From Coleofasciculus sp. B1-GNL1-01 (GTDB lineage Bacteria; Cyanobacteriota; Cyanobacteriia; Cyanobacteriales; Coleofasciculaceae): DNA of 64,000 bases. Each line of letters starts with the position of its first letter. The first letter of the stretch is position 1. The position numbers and the translations under genes are program-made. Where the stretch lies: the NCBI GenBank assembly GCA_040220235.1, contig JAVJTO010000112.1; one strand, written 5' to 3'. Under the pieces are notes generated by a model, which had not been told where the DNA came from, did not search any database, and saw only the letters and a program-made list of their open reading frames with translations. Positions 39,603-50,027 of the stretch are shown here, in pieces.

Positions 39603-40433
39603 ATGTCTACAACTCCAATCATCACCCTATTAAGCGACTTTGGCATCAACGATGTCTACGTGGGAGTCATGAAAGGCGTCATCGCCCAAATTAACCCAGC
39701 CCTGACGATCATCGATCTCACCCACGAGATTCCTCGACAAAACATCGCCGCCGCCCGATTTAACCTGATGAACGCCTATCCCTATTTTCCCGATCGCACC
39801 ATCCATGTCGCGGTGGTTGATCCCGGTGTAGGTAGTCAGCGTCGTGCGATCGCGCTACAAGCGGATGACGGTTTCCTCGTCGGACCTGATAATGGATTGT
39901 TTAGCGGTATCTTAACCCAAAGTACGATTGTTTTTGCCGTTGAACTCACTAACCCAGAATTCTGGCGCACCCCCACCCCTAGTCAAACATTCCATGGTCG
40001 AGATATATTTGCCCCCGTCGGCGCACATCTTGCCAGTGGTGTTTCCTTAAACGAGTTGGGATCAGTGATCGAACCTGGCACTCTGGTACAATTGCCAATC
40101 CCGGAACTGACCAAAACCGCGACGGGGATCACGGGTTCTATCCAGTATATTGACCATTTCGGCAACCTGATCACCAATATTCCCGCCGATGACGTGAGGG
40201 GAAAAATGGGGTCAGTCACCGTCAACCAGCGCCAGATCCCCACGGGTCAAACCTATAGCGATCGCCCCCTCGGAGAACTTATCGCCTTAATTGGGAGTCA
40301 CGGTTGGGTCGAAATTGCTGTGAATGGCGGTAGCGCTCAATCTGAGTTGCAGTTAGAGTTAGGTGTAGAGACGCGCCATGGCGCGTCTGGAAATCGGGTC
40401 GATGTGGCTGTCACCACGGAAATGAAAGGTTAA
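39603..40433 (+). CDS. SAM hydrolase / SAM-dependent chlorinase-fluorinase family (DUF62)
   Basis: LLSDFG, VVDPGVGS, GPDNG, TFHGRDIFAP and IDHFGNLITN motifs. Confidence 0.93.
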   Translation: MSTTPIITLLSDFGINDVYVGVMKGVIAQINPALTIIDLTHEIPRQNIAAARFNLMNAYPYFPDRTIHVAVVDPGVGSQRRAIALQADDGFLVGPDNGLFSGILTQSTIVFAVELTNPEFWRTPTPSQTFHGRDIFAPVGAHLASGVSLNELGSVIEPGTLVQLPIPELTKTATGITGSIQYIDHFGNLITNIPADDVRGKMGSVTVNQRQIPTGQTYSDRPLGELIALIGSHGWVEIAVNGGSAQSELQLELGVETRHGASGNRVDVAVTTEMKG

Positions 40434-40548
40434 ATTATATAAAGACAGAGGGCATTGGCTGGGAGATAAGGGAGATGTGGTGTAGAGACGCGCCATGGCG
40501 CGTCTCTACAGTCAGCCCCTCGTGGTATTGAAAGGAAAAGAGATAACA

Positions 40549-41208
40549 ATGGTATTACAACAACAATGGGACTCTGAGGTGTACCAGGGTCAATTTGGCG
40601 AATTTACGATTACCGACAACGATCGCGTCGGCGTTATTGTATACCGCAGTAGCCTGATGATCGCGGCATTGAGTTTTGCGATCGCTAGTGGGTTGGTCTT
40701 GTGGCAACCGGATAATCCCACCATTTTAACCGCCCTCACGCCCCTGTATGGCTTGTTCTGTGTAGCACTAGGCGTGAGTTTAGCAACGATTCATATCTAT
40801 TTAGCCCCCCTACACCGCCTCCTCCAACTGTTTTGGGGAATTGGCACGATTTCGGCTGGTGTGTTTGCCATCCAGACTAGCGAACCCCTCGCCCTTTTCG
40901 TGTATAACCAACCCGTTACCCTGTTCGGGATTGGCTTTGTGTTTGCGGCGTTAACGGGGATTTATTTCAAAGAAGCCTTTTGTTTCAACCGCTTTGAAAC
41001 CAAACTGCTGACTCCCCTAGTACCCGTCTTGTTACTGGGACATTTAGTTAATGTGTTACCCGCCACGGCGGAACAGGTGCTTTTAGGACTGTGGACAGTT
41101 CTATTTTTAATCTTTGCGGTGCGTAAGGCAATGCAGCCAATTCCCCCTGATATTGGCGATAAGTCAGTTTTTACCTATCTGAAACAACAACGGGCGGCTC
41201 AATCCTAA
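40549..41208 (+). CDS. DUF2301 integral membrane protein
   Basis: YQGQFGEFTI, IHIYL, FKEAFCF and DIGDKSVF motifs. Confidence 0.85.
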   Translation: MVLQQQWDSEVYQGQFGEFTITDNDRVGVIVYRSSLMIAALSFAIASGLVLWQPDNPTILTALTPLYGLFCVALGVSLATIHIYLAPLHRLLQLFWGIGTISAGVFAIQTSEPLALFVYNQPVTLFGIGFVFAALTGIYFKEAFCFNRFETKLLTPLVPVLLLGHLVNVLPATAEQVLLGLWTVLFLIFAVRKAMQPIPPDIGDKSVFTYLKQQRAAQS

Positions 41209-41228
41209 GGATTAGGGGATAGTAACCG

Positions 41229-41993
41229 ATGAGCTTGCACAGGAAAGTCGCCATTGTTACCGGAGGCGGACAAGGGATTGGCAAGGCGATCGCGAAAGCC
41301 TTCTTAGAACAAGGAATGAACGTCGCGATCGCAGAACTTGATCCAGAAGCCGGAACAGCTACAGCCGCCGAGTTTCAACCCCTTGGTTCAATTCAATTTA
41401 TGCAAACGGATATTTCCCAGGAAGAGTCTGTGAAACAGGCGATTCAAGCCACCCAAAACCAATGGGGCAGAATCGATGTTTTAGTCAATAATGCGGCGAT
41501 TGCCAATCCCGAAAATCCGCCAATCACAGAACTCAGTTTAGACGATTGGAATCACAAGCTAACGACTAATTTAACGGGGGCATTTCTTTGTGCCAAATAT
41601 ACTGTTCCCTATCTCAAGCCAAACCAAGGCATAATTATTAATATAGCTTCGACTAGAGCGTTTATGTCTGAACCGAATACAGAAGCGTATGCGGCGGCTA
41701 AAGGCGGAATTGTCGCCTTAACTCATGCCCTTGCCATTAGCCTCGGTCCAGATATTCGAGTCAACTGCATTAGTCCAGGATGGATAGATGTTAGTGAATG
41801 GCAAAAGCCCTCAACTAGACATCAACTCCAATTAACCCCCCAGGATCATCAACAACATCCGGCGGGTAGAGTGGGCAAACCCGAAGACATTGCTGCTTTT
41901 GCTGTTTATCTCGCCGCTTCTCCAGCCACATTTATCACGGGTGCGAATTTTGTCATTGATGGCGGGATGACCAGAAAAATGATGTACTCGTAA
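41229..41993 (+). CDS. Short-chain dehydrogenase/reductase
   Basis: TGGGQGIG, NNAA, YAAAK and VNCISPGWI motifs. Confidence 0.92.
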   Translation: MSLHRKVAIVTGGGQGIGKAIAKAFLEQGMNVAIAELDPEAGTATAAEFQPLGSIQFMQTDISQEESVKQAIQATQNQWGRIDVLVNNAAIANPENPPITELSLDDWNHKLTTNLTGAFLCAKYTVPYLKPNQGIIINIASTRAFMSEPNTEAYAAAKGGIVALTHALAISLGPDIRVNCISPGWIDVSEWQKPSTRHQLQLTPQDHQQHPAGRVGKPEDIAAFAVYLAASPATFITGANFVIDGGMTRKMMYS

Positions 41994-42174
41994 AAAACGA
42001 GCGACAGTTTTTTAACCGAATTATTTAAGGCGTAATGTTTGGATAGTCCTAAAAAATGCGCCATTATTTGAGTATAAATCTAATCCTATTTATAACTTTG
42101 TAATTGCCAATTATTAGGTAAATTAACCCGATTATCGGCGGTGCTTTACCACTCTAAATCCTCAGAAAATTATC

Positions 42175-42786
42175 ATGGTAATAGTCATCATTATAAATTG
42201 CCTGATAGCCGAGGTTTTCCCTGTCGTGCTATCCGCTCAATTTTTCTCACCACTAACGCGGTTGCAACTGAGTTCCCTACTTGCCTCAAAGCCCTCTACA
42301 TTCCCCTTAGAATCCATCAACGTCTTTCCACCTCCTCTAGGGGACATGATTGAAACGCGATGTCGAGAAGTTCCGACAGGCGTTGGCATTCCCGCCTTTC
42401 AGCCAGGAATTACCAAAGAAGACGTGATGCGTTTATTAGGCACTCCCACCGGAACCGCACGCGGTTATTGGCCCAATACTCGTGCTGTATTCTATGAATT
42501 AATACCGGATCAAATTAGCTTAGGTTTTCTGTTTGACCGAAATTCTCTACGAATTCGACAAACCGAAGCCTCCTTTACGGCTGAAGTTGATTCCCAGACA
42601 GTATTGTTGACATTGAATGGAATGTTAGGGTGCAAGCTGAATCAGCAAATCCAACAGGGATTAGAACAAGTGTGGCAACGTCAATCTCGGCAGTTTTCCT
42701 TTCAGCTAGACTATCTCGAAGGCGTGATTGAACGCCAACAAGAGGGACGAATCTATATCGGCATTTGGGAAGAAGATTTACATTGA
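42175..42786 (+). CDS. Hypothetical protein resembling the C-terminal domain of cyanobacterial Ser/Thr kinases
   Basis: GYWPNTRA...LGFLFD...RQTEASF...IYIGIWEEDLH; no kinase domain. Confidence 0.6.
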   Translation: MVIVIIINCLIAEVFPVVLSAQFFSPLTRLQLSSLLASKPSTFPLESINVFPPPLGDMIETRCREVPTGVGIPAFQPGITKEDVMRLLGTPTGTARGYWPNTRAVFYELIPDQISLGFLFDRNSLRIRQTEASFTAEVDSQTVLLTLNGMLGCKLNQQIQQGLEQVWQRQSRQFSFQLDYLEGVIERQQEGRIYIGIWEEDLH

Positions 42787-43092
42787 AATGAGGAAGATGG
42801 GGAAGATGGGGAAGCGGGGGAAGTTAACTCAAACTCTACCTTACCTGTTAACAGTTAACTGTTGCCTGTTGCCTGTTGCCTATTGCCTCTCCCCACCACA
42901 AGACTTATTCAGCAGATCCTATAGTAACCGTGCTAGCTGAGAAATTGTCCACTCCCCAAAGCTAACCGTTCCCCAATCTTGGTTAAGTTAAACCCCTATG
43001 TCATAGTCAATTCAGTAACTTGTCCTGTGTATTCTCTTCCCATGGAGTCAGCCGTCTATTGTTGAAGGTATCAGCAATGAGGGCATACTACC

Positions 43093-43242
43093 ATGGAAAA
43101 AATTGATATTGGCGTCATCCTCCTCGGACTCGCGATGATTACCGCGACTATCGTCTATTTTGACAGAGCCTCAAATTTAGAGGTGAGAATTGGCAGCCAC
43201 TCTTATCTAGGAATTCATACCAAATTAATTGTTGATCGGTAA
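43093..43242 (+). CDS. Putative 49-aa single-TM small protein
   Basis: Manual translation: MEKIDIGVILLGLAMITATIVYFDRASNLEVRIGSHSYLGIHTKLIVDR. GAGGG upstream and a hairpin at 43249-43281 downstream. Confidence 0.4.
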   Translation: MEKIDIGVILLGLAMITATIVYFDRASNLEVRIGSHSYLGIHTKLIVDR

Positions 43243-43295
43243 GAACAGAGATCCCCAACTTCTCCAAGAAGTCGGGGATCTGGCTTGGATATACC

Positions 43296-46200
43296 TTAGC
43301 CGAGAACCTGATGAATTTGTTCTAACAATTGACTCATGGAATAGGAACGACCGGGCAAAATTTTAGTAGCCACGCTTTGCAATTGCGACTCTAATTCCGT
43401 CGTTCTTTTATCAGACTCAGAGATTCCAACATTGAGGGAGGAATCGGGCAATCGATGATCCAGCAAAAGAATCGGGGGTCGATTCGGGAGCTGATTCAAC
43501 TCTTTTAATCCTTGAACCACGCCCAAATCATTTTCAATATCCTTGATCCGAATCAGCAGCACATCAACCATTTGTGCTTGAAGTTGATGATAGACATCTG
43601 ACCAACACTGGGAGAATAGACTTCTAAATCCAGCCGCTTGTAGATATTGAATCAATGCCCGTAACCAAGGGGTGTAAGGTGTAACGGAATTAGGATTTAA
43701 AGCGTGAGGTTTTGGACTAACTCCTTGAGTGTCGCCCAGATCAAAGATCAGAATACTCGACTTGCGACTCACACCAGCCGCAATTTGAATCACTTGCAGC
43801 AGTGTGGTAATTTTCTGGGGGTTATCTGGGGCTAAACAAGGATAGACAGAAAGACCGATCGCTTGATTGGCAGCTTGTGTGGTTTGATGATCCAGGGTAA
43901 TCAGGGGCAGATCCGCTAATGTGGGATATAACAAATAGGTTTTAAAGTAACCTGGGGCATCATTGATCCCAGCCCCGTCGAGCAAAACAATATCTGGATG
44001 CCAAACCCGCGCCAATAATTCTGCTTGTTCTAAATCATCGGCTTCCAGTACCCGGTATTTGAGATCTGAATGTTGGCAACTGAGTCTATCGGTTAACTGA
44101 GAAATTAGTCTTGACGATTCCGGGGGAACCTCGACTAACCCCGCACTCAGATAAAGCAGCGTTAGAACCTGAGTGACGGGAGGCTGATGTTTACCCAAGC
44201 AAGTCAGGCTTTTGGCTAATGCTTCCGCTTGAACCGGTAAACTTAAGAAGCCATCGGCGTTATTTTGATCAGCCTGTTCTTTTTCAGCTTGAGTCGCTGT
44301 AACTAAGATGGGGATGTGACGGGTTTGCAGATCAGACTTAAGTAATGTCAGTACATCCCAACCCGAAACTTGTGGGAGAAGAGGATTGAGTAAAATGATG
44401 CTCGGTTGTAAGCTACGCGCTTTGGAGAGGGCTTCTGGACCCGAACGAGCGTTGACCGCCCAATAGCCTAATTGTTTTAGCTGCACCGTCAGGCTTTCTA
44501 GATACCGGGGTACAGTTTCCACAATTAACACCAAGCGGTTACGATTGGGGGATGAGACGTTGGTGTTTGCCTGTCCCCAGTCCTCAGTCTCTGCCAAATC
44601 CCTGCCCGAAGGGGGACAGGGGGGAAGGAGCAGGGTAAACTCGCTACCGTTGCCGTTTTTAGAGATAAACGAGATATCTCCTCCATGCAAGCGAGCCAAG
44701 CGTTGGGTTAAGACTAATCCTAACCCTGTCCCCTCAAACTGACGAGTGAGCGGTTCTTCCAACTGCTGGAATTTCTGGAAAATCAAGTGCTGCTTGTCTT
44801 CGGGAATGCCAATCCCTGTGTCCCAGATGGTAAAGGCTATCCAGCCATCTTGATTGTTAACCTTTAAACCGACGGTGTTTTGGCTGTCGGTAAATTTGAG
44901 TGCATTGGATAGCAGGTGTGCCAGCATTTGCCGCAGCCGTAGTTCGTCGGCAATGATGGTGTCTAGACCGGGTTCGATGTCTAATACAAAGGAGATGTCG
45001 GGGGTTGCGCCTTCGTGATTAGGATTGTTGTCTGAGTAGACTTGCAGGGCTTGTTGATAAGCGCGATCGCACAGGCTCTGAATCTGCACTGGTTCTAACG
45101 TCAGTTCAAGCTGACCCGTTTCCATGCGCGTTAGATCCAGAATATCATTGACCACTGCCATCAGTTGACGCCCATTTTGGTAAATCAACCGAGCATAACG
45201 CGCTTGACGTTCATTGAGTTCGCCTAATGACTGGTCTTTGAGCAGGGTTGATAATCCTAAAACGGCGGTGAGTGGCGTCTTCAGTTCATGGCTAATACAG
45301 GCTAAAAACTCGTCTTTCAGGCGGTTGAGTTGGACTAAATCCGCATTTTTGGCAGTCAGTTCTTGAGCGACTTGCTGTTGAGTCGTCGTGTCTTGCGCCA
45401 TGACTAACCAAAGCTGTGAATTAGGGGGATTGAGGGTATTTTTCGGGATCGTTGGGTTGGCTGTATCGGGTTGGGTACAGACGTGCCATGGTGTATCTTC
45501 CCATGGTGTGCCGTTCCAGTCCTCAGTTGTCAATTCGGGGAACAACGAGGGAGGTAGAGGCATTTTTGTCAACACAAACTGGCGATCCTGGATTTTTTTC
45601 GTCATTTCTAGGGTTTCCCCATCCCGGTGTGAGTCTTGAGGATACTGAGATGTTGCTGGAGACTCAAGTTCTGGATGTTGAGCATGGGGTGTCATGAGGT
45701 GAGTGCGATCGCCTGCACAGTCAAAACCCATCGTTCTAGGGGAAGTGAATGTTGGCTGAGTTTGATCACCAACCCCCCAAGTTACTGGCTTCTCTCTATT
45801 GTTAAGCGGCTTATGGGTGGGGTTCGGTTCAGCTACCGCTAATGGTTCTGTCACCTGAGGATTTGTCTGCCCATTGGCACAGTGGCGGGTTGAGTCGGGC
45901 TGAGTGTTAGGGTTGAGGATGCCTAGGTTGGAGGGTGATTCAACCGAGGTTGATTCTATCCCAGTTGGCTGCTCCCAGGATAACCCTATCTGCTGACGCC
46001 AAGCCCGATTTTCGGACAAGACTTGCCCGGTTGCGGTTTGTAAACTCAGGGGTAGGGGTAGTTGTTCGAGGAGTTGGACTAAGGGTGATTGGGGATTGGG
46101 GAATCCTTCGCGATTCTCGAGGGAATGGTTTGTCGGGGTGGGTAATGAAACTTTCTTTTGGCTATTGATGGTAGCGTTTGTGCAGAACCCGCCCTGACGT

Positions 46201-46730
46201 AGAGACGTTGCATGCAATGTCTCTACATCCTCAGTCTGGGGTAATGGTGCTAAGAATTTCAATAATTGCCAGCTATTGAGCAGTCCCAAAAAGCTACCAT
46301 TGGGTTCGACTAATGCCCATTGTCTGGAACCTTCTGGGTAGGGAATGTTGGATGTATCGAAGCGTGTGTCTGGTTTTCCCCTACCCAAGTCGGTTAAGAT
46401 AGTCCAGAACTGGCTGATTGTCAACGATGCTGGTAGAATCTCTAGGGGTTCAATTACAGAGGGTTCCAATTCCGAGAGCCGTTGAGAGAAATCTCTAGTT
46501 GCGGTTGTTCCTAGAGTTGCTGCTGACGTCGCCCCGGTCAGGAGATGGGGCATAACCTGTCGCAGATTCACGACTCCCAGAGGATATTGCTGCTCACTGA
46601 CCACAACAATCGAGTCACTCCCTGATGCGTGAAAAATTTCCAGTAGGGCAGTTAGATCAGTGGTTTGGGAACAAATCGGAACAGGAGCAGCACATTCTTT
46701 TAAACTGGGAGTTGACATGGATATGACCAA
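43296..46730 (-). CDS. Hybrid sensor histidine kinase (N-terminal CBS-like, HisKA, HATPase, receiver-like domains)
   Basis: EFLACISHELKTPL, NALKFT, DTGIGI and GTGLGL motifs; C-terminal receiver folds. Confidence 0.9.
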   Translation of the reverse strand: MVISMSTPSLKECAAPVPICSQTTDLTALLEIFHASGSDSIVVVSEQQYPLGVVNLRQVMPHLLTGATSAATLGTTATRDFSQRLSELEPSVIEPLEILPASLTISQFWTILTDLGRGKPDTRFDTSNIPYPEGSRQWALVEPNGSFLGLLNSWQLLKFLAPLPQTEDVETLHATSLRQGGFCTNATINSQKKVSLPTPTNHSLENREGFPNPQSPLVQLLEQLPLPLSLQTATGQVLSENRAWRQQIGLSWEQPTGIESTSVESPSNLGILNPNTQPDSTRHCANGQTNPQVTEPLAVAEPNPTHKPLNNREKPVTWGVGDQTQPTFTSPRTMGFDCAGDRTHLMTPHAQHPELESPATSQYPQDSHRDGETLEMTKKIQDRQFVLTKMPLPPSLFPELTTEDWNGTPWEDTPWHVCTQPDTANPTIPKNTLNPPNSQLWLVMAQDTTTQQQVAQELTAKNADLVQLNRLKDEFLACISHELKTPLTAVLGLSTLLKDQSLGELNERQARYARLIYQNGRQLMAVVNDILDLTRMETGQLELTLEPVQIQSLCDRAYQQALQVYSDNNPNHEGATPDISFVLDIEPGLDTIIADELRLRQMLAHLLSNALKFTDSQNTVGLKVNNQDGWIAFTIWDTGIGIPEDKQHLIFQKFQQLEEPLTRQFEGTGLGLVLTQRLARLHGGDISFISKNGNGSEFTLLLPPCPPSGRDLAETEDWGQANTNVSSPNRNRLVLIVETVPRYLESLTVQLKQLGYWAVNARSGPEALSKARSLQPSIILLNPLLPQVSGWDVLTLLKSDLQTRHIPILVTATQAEKEQADQNNADGFLSLPVQAEALAKSLTCLGKHQPPVTQVLTLLYLSAGLVEVPPESSRLISQLTDRLSCQHSDLKYRVLEADDLEQAELLARVWHPDIVLLDGAGINDAPGYFKTYLLYPTLADLPLITLDHQTTQAANQAIGLSVYPCLAPDNPQKITTLLQVIQIAAGVSRKSSILIFDLGDTQGVSPKPHALNPNSVTPYTPWLRALIQYLQAAGFRSLFSQCWSDVYHQLQAQMVDVLLIRIKDIENDLGVVQGLKELNQLPNRPPILLLDHRLPDSSLNVGISESDKRTTELESQLQSVATKILPGRSYSMSQLLEQIHQVLG

Positions 46731-46883
46731 TTAGCTCAAATCAGGGGAAGCGGCTAGGTCGCAGGCTATAAATTATTAAGTTGCCCATAAGCCGAATAGC
46801 GCCAGGGACTTGCTCCGCTGACCAGCACAACCACCGCTCTAGATCAATTATTGCTCTCGATCGGGGGGGTAAAGGGCAAAATG

Positions 46884-46901
46884 CTTACAATTACTTACAA
46901 T
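46884..46901 (+). promoter_or_regulatory. HLR1-like direct repeat in the kinase/kaiA divergent promoter
   Basis: CTTACAAT-TA-CTTACAAT with a 10-bp period. Confidence 0.4.
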
Positions 46902-47022
46902 TCTTAGAGTACTTAACGTAATGTTAATTAACTTTAGAAAAATTTTGTTAAAATACTTGACAGTCGAGAAATTTAACTCGGCAATTGGTAAGGTTGTTTT
47001 TCAACATTAAAGTCCTATCGTT

Positions 47023-47940
47023 TTGCATCCTCAACTGTCAATTGGTATTTTTGTTCATTCCCCAGTCCTGGCGCAGTCACTGAGCCAGGTTTTAAGTGGC
47101 GATCGCTATGTTTTATCGATCACGAACTCAGCCTCTGAGTTTCTGGAGTTCGTGGAACAAAAACAGCAGCATATCGATTGTTTAGTGCTGCAAGATGACG
47201 ACTCCTTACCACCCGTTATTAATCAGTTGTACGAACAAGGAACCCTACTTCCTCTAGTTATTTTTCCAAAAGAATCAAAAAACAATGATTCTGTTGTTGT
47301 CACAAATGCTCAGCCAAACCCAATTCAGACAACCGTTCGTTATACACCAGGAGAGGTGCATTATTTGTTTCACGCCGCTGAAGTGCGACTCGATATTAGC
47401 CAAGTCTCTGATCTAGAACATGCTCTGGAACAGGCAATTACCCAGTTCCTTTCTCTTTCTCCGAACTGCAACTTGCCTACTCTTATGGCTAATGCGGATA
47501 AGAAAACCGAAGAAATTAATCGGAGTTCTTTAATGAAGCAGCAGTATCGGTTATCGGAAAAACTAAAAGAGCGACTGGGATATCTCGGTGTGTACTATAA
47601 ACGAAATCCTCAGTTTTTCTTTCGCTATTTACCTCAAAATGAAAAAAACAAACTGCTCGAACAGCTTAAGCATGATTATCGTGAGATTGTTTTAATGTAC
47701 TTCAGTCAAGAAAGCGTGATTAACCAGTTAATTGATAATTTGGTAAATGAAGCATTTTTTGCCGATATATCCGTTTCTAAAATTGTAGAAATTCACATGG
47801 ATTTGATGGATGATTTTGCTCAACAACTCAAGCTAGAGGGTCGCAATGAGGATATTCTCACAGACTATCGCCTAACACTGATCGATGTAATTGCTCATTT
47901 AGGTGAAATGTATCGTCGCTCGATTCCCAGAGAGTTATAA
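47023..47940 (+). CDS. kaiA: Circadian clock protein KaiA (long form)
   Basis: KLKERLGYLGVYYKRNP and DYRLTLIDVIAHLGEMYRRSIPR motifs. Confidence 0.96.
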   Translation: MHPQLSIGIFVHSPVLAQSLSQVLSGDRYVLSITNSASEFLEFVEQKQQHIDCLVLQDDDSLPPVINQLYEQGTLLPLVIFPKESKNNDSVVVTNAQPNPIQTTVRYTPGEVHYLFHAAEVRLDISQVSDLEHALEQAITQFLSLSPNCNLPTLMANADKKTEEINRSSLMKQQYRLSEKLKERLGYLGVYYKRNPQFFFRYLPQNEKNKLLEQLKHDYREIVLMYFSQESVINQLIDNLVNEAFFADISVSKIVEIHMDLMDDFAQQLKLEGRNEDILTDYRLTLIDVIAHLGEMYRRSIPREL

Positions 47941-48058
47941 TTATAGTTATGGTATTAGCAATTCGCTCCCGACCCATCAACGTCAACGGTGAACGAATTT
48001 ATTCCGGGTTACTTTTAAATTGGCAACTATCCTTCGCTTATTCCTAATGGCTAACCCT

Positions 48059-48373
48059 ATGAGTCCCCTAAAAAAAACTTATGTCCTCAAGCTTTATGTG
48101 GCTGGGAATACTCCCCACTCAGTTACAGCATTGAAAACCCTCAAAAATATACTGGAACAGGAATTTCAAGGAGTTTACGCCCTGAAAGTGATTGATGTTC
48201 TCAAAAGTCCTCAACTTGCCGAGGAAGATAAAATTCTGGCAACGCCAACTCTAGCGAAAGTTTTACCCCCTCCGGTGCGAAAAATTATTGGGGATCTGTC
48301 GGATCGTGAAAGAGTCTTAATCGGATTGGATCTGCTGTATGAAGAAATTCGGGATGGAGAGATAGATTTTTAG
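48059..48373 (+). CDS. kaiB: Circadian clock protein KaiB
   Basis: [26 protein letters not shown] and RKIIGDLS motifs. Confidence 0.97.
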   Translation: MSPLKKTYVLKLYVAGNTPHSVTALKTLKNILEQEFQGVYALKVIDVLKSPQLAEEDKILATPTLAKVLPPPVRKIIGDLSDRERVLIGLDLLYEEIRDGEIDF

Positions 48374-48465
48374 GGCATGTTCAGATTTTATGAGATAATA
48401 GCGGATTCGAGATCTATTCTCAGATGACGGCGATTTTAGTTATATCTTTAAATTTGACGAAAAAT

Positions 48466-50025
48466 ATGAGTCCATTTAATCTAGATGAGCAAAGACCCGA
48501 TGATTTTAACACCCCAGGAGTCCATAAAATCCGGACGATGATTGAGGGGTTCGATGATATCAGCCATGGTGGGTTACCCGTGGCTCGAACCACATTGGTG
48601 AGTGGCACGTCTGGTACGGGAAAAACCTTGTTTGCGGTTCAGTTTCTCTATAACGGGATTACTCAATTCGATGATCCGGGTGTCTTCGTTACCTTTGAAG
48701 AATCTCCCAACGATATTATTAAAAATTCCCATAGCTTAGGCTGGAATTTGCAAAAGTTAATTGATGATGGCAAACTGTTTATTCTGGATGCTTCTCCTGA
48801 TCCAGAAGGACAAGAAGTGGTGGGCAACTTTGATCTGTCAGCTTTAATTGAGCGGATTCAATACGCGATTCGTAAGTACAAAGCCAAGCGCGTCTCGGTT
48901 GATTCCATCACCGCCATATTTCAACAATATGATGCGGCTTCGGTGGTGCGGCGAGAAATTTTTCGCTTAGTCGCTCGTCTCAAACAAATTGGCGTGACGA
49001 CAGTGATGACGACGGAGCGCGTGGAAGAGTATGGACCTGTAGCCCGGTTTGGTGTGGAAGAGTTTGTCTCCGATAATGTGGTAATTGTTCGTAATGTTTT
49101 GGAAGGAGAACGGCGACGCCGCACCATTGAAATTCTCAAGCTACGGGGTACAACCCACATGAAAGGGGAATACCCGTTTACCCTAAGCAATCAAGGGTTT
49201 AATATCTTCCCCTTAGGTGCCATGCAATTAACTCAGCGTTCGTCTAATGTTCGGGTATCTTCTGGAATTAAAACCCTGGATGAAATGTGTGGCGGTGGCT
49301 TCTTTAAAGATTCCATTATTCTAGCAACGGGAGCTACGGGAACCGGAAAAACTTTATTAGTTAGTAAGTTTATTCATGATGCTTGTTTAAATGAAGAACG
49401 GGCGATTCTCTTCGCTTACGAAGAATCCAGAGCGCAGCTCACGCGAAACGGTTTATCCTGGGGAATCGATTTTGAGGAAATGGAGGAAAAAGGATTATTG
49501 AAAATTCTTTGTTCTTACCCAGAATCGGCAGGATTAGAAGATCATTTGCAAATTATTCAATCCCAAATTCAGGAGTTTAAACCGTCTCGGATTGCCATTG
49601 ATTCTCTTTCGGCGTTAGCGCGGGGAGTGAGTAATAATGCATTCCGTCAGTTCGTGATTGGGGTGACGGGTTACGCCAAGCAAGAAGAAATTACCGGGTT
49701 TTTCACTAATACAACGGATCAATTTATGGGATCGAATTCAATTACCGATTCCCATATTTCTACGATTACTGATACGATTTTAATGCTGCAATACGTGGAA
49801 ATTCGCGGTGAAATGTCCCGGGCAATTAATGTGTTTAAAATGCGCGGCTCTTGGCATGATACGGGAATTCGGGAGTATACGATTAGCAAAGATGGGGCAG
49901 AAATTAAAGATTCATTCCGCAATTACGAGCGGATTATCAGTGGTTCCCCCAGTCGGATTACGGTTAATGAGAAGAGTGAACTCTCGCGAATTGTGCAAGG
50001 TGTGCGGCAAAAGTCAACGGAATAG
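48466..50025 (+). CDS. kaiC: Circadian clock protein KaiC
   Basis: Two P-loops (GTSGTGKT, GATGTGKT) and the DSHISTITDT phosphorylation motif. Confidence 0.98.
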   Translation: MSPFNLDEQRPDDFNTPGVHKIRTMIEGFDDISHGGLPVARTTLVSGTSGTGKTLFAVQFLYNGITQFDDPGVFVTFEESPNDIIKNSHSLGWNLQKLIDDGKLFILDASPDPEGQEVVGNFDLSALIERIQYAIRKYKAKRVSVDSITAIFQQYDAASVVRREIFRLVARLKQIGVTTVMTTERVEEYGPVARFGVEEFVSDNVVIVRNVLEGERRRRTIEILKLRGTTHMKGEYPFTLSNQGFNIFPLGAMQLTQRSSNVRVSSGIKTLDEMCGGGFFKDSIILATGATGTGKTLLVSKFIHDACLNEERAILFAYEESRAQLTRNGLSWGIDFEEMEEKGLLKILCSYPESAGLEDHLQIIQSQIQEFKPSRIAIDSLSALARGVSNNAFRQFVIGVTGYAKQEEITGFFTNTTDQFMGSNSITDSHISTITDTILMLQYVEIRGEMSRAINVFKMRGSWHDTGIREYTISKDGAEIKDSFRNYERIISGSPSRITVNEKSELSRIVQGVRQKSTE

Positions 50026-50027
50026 TT

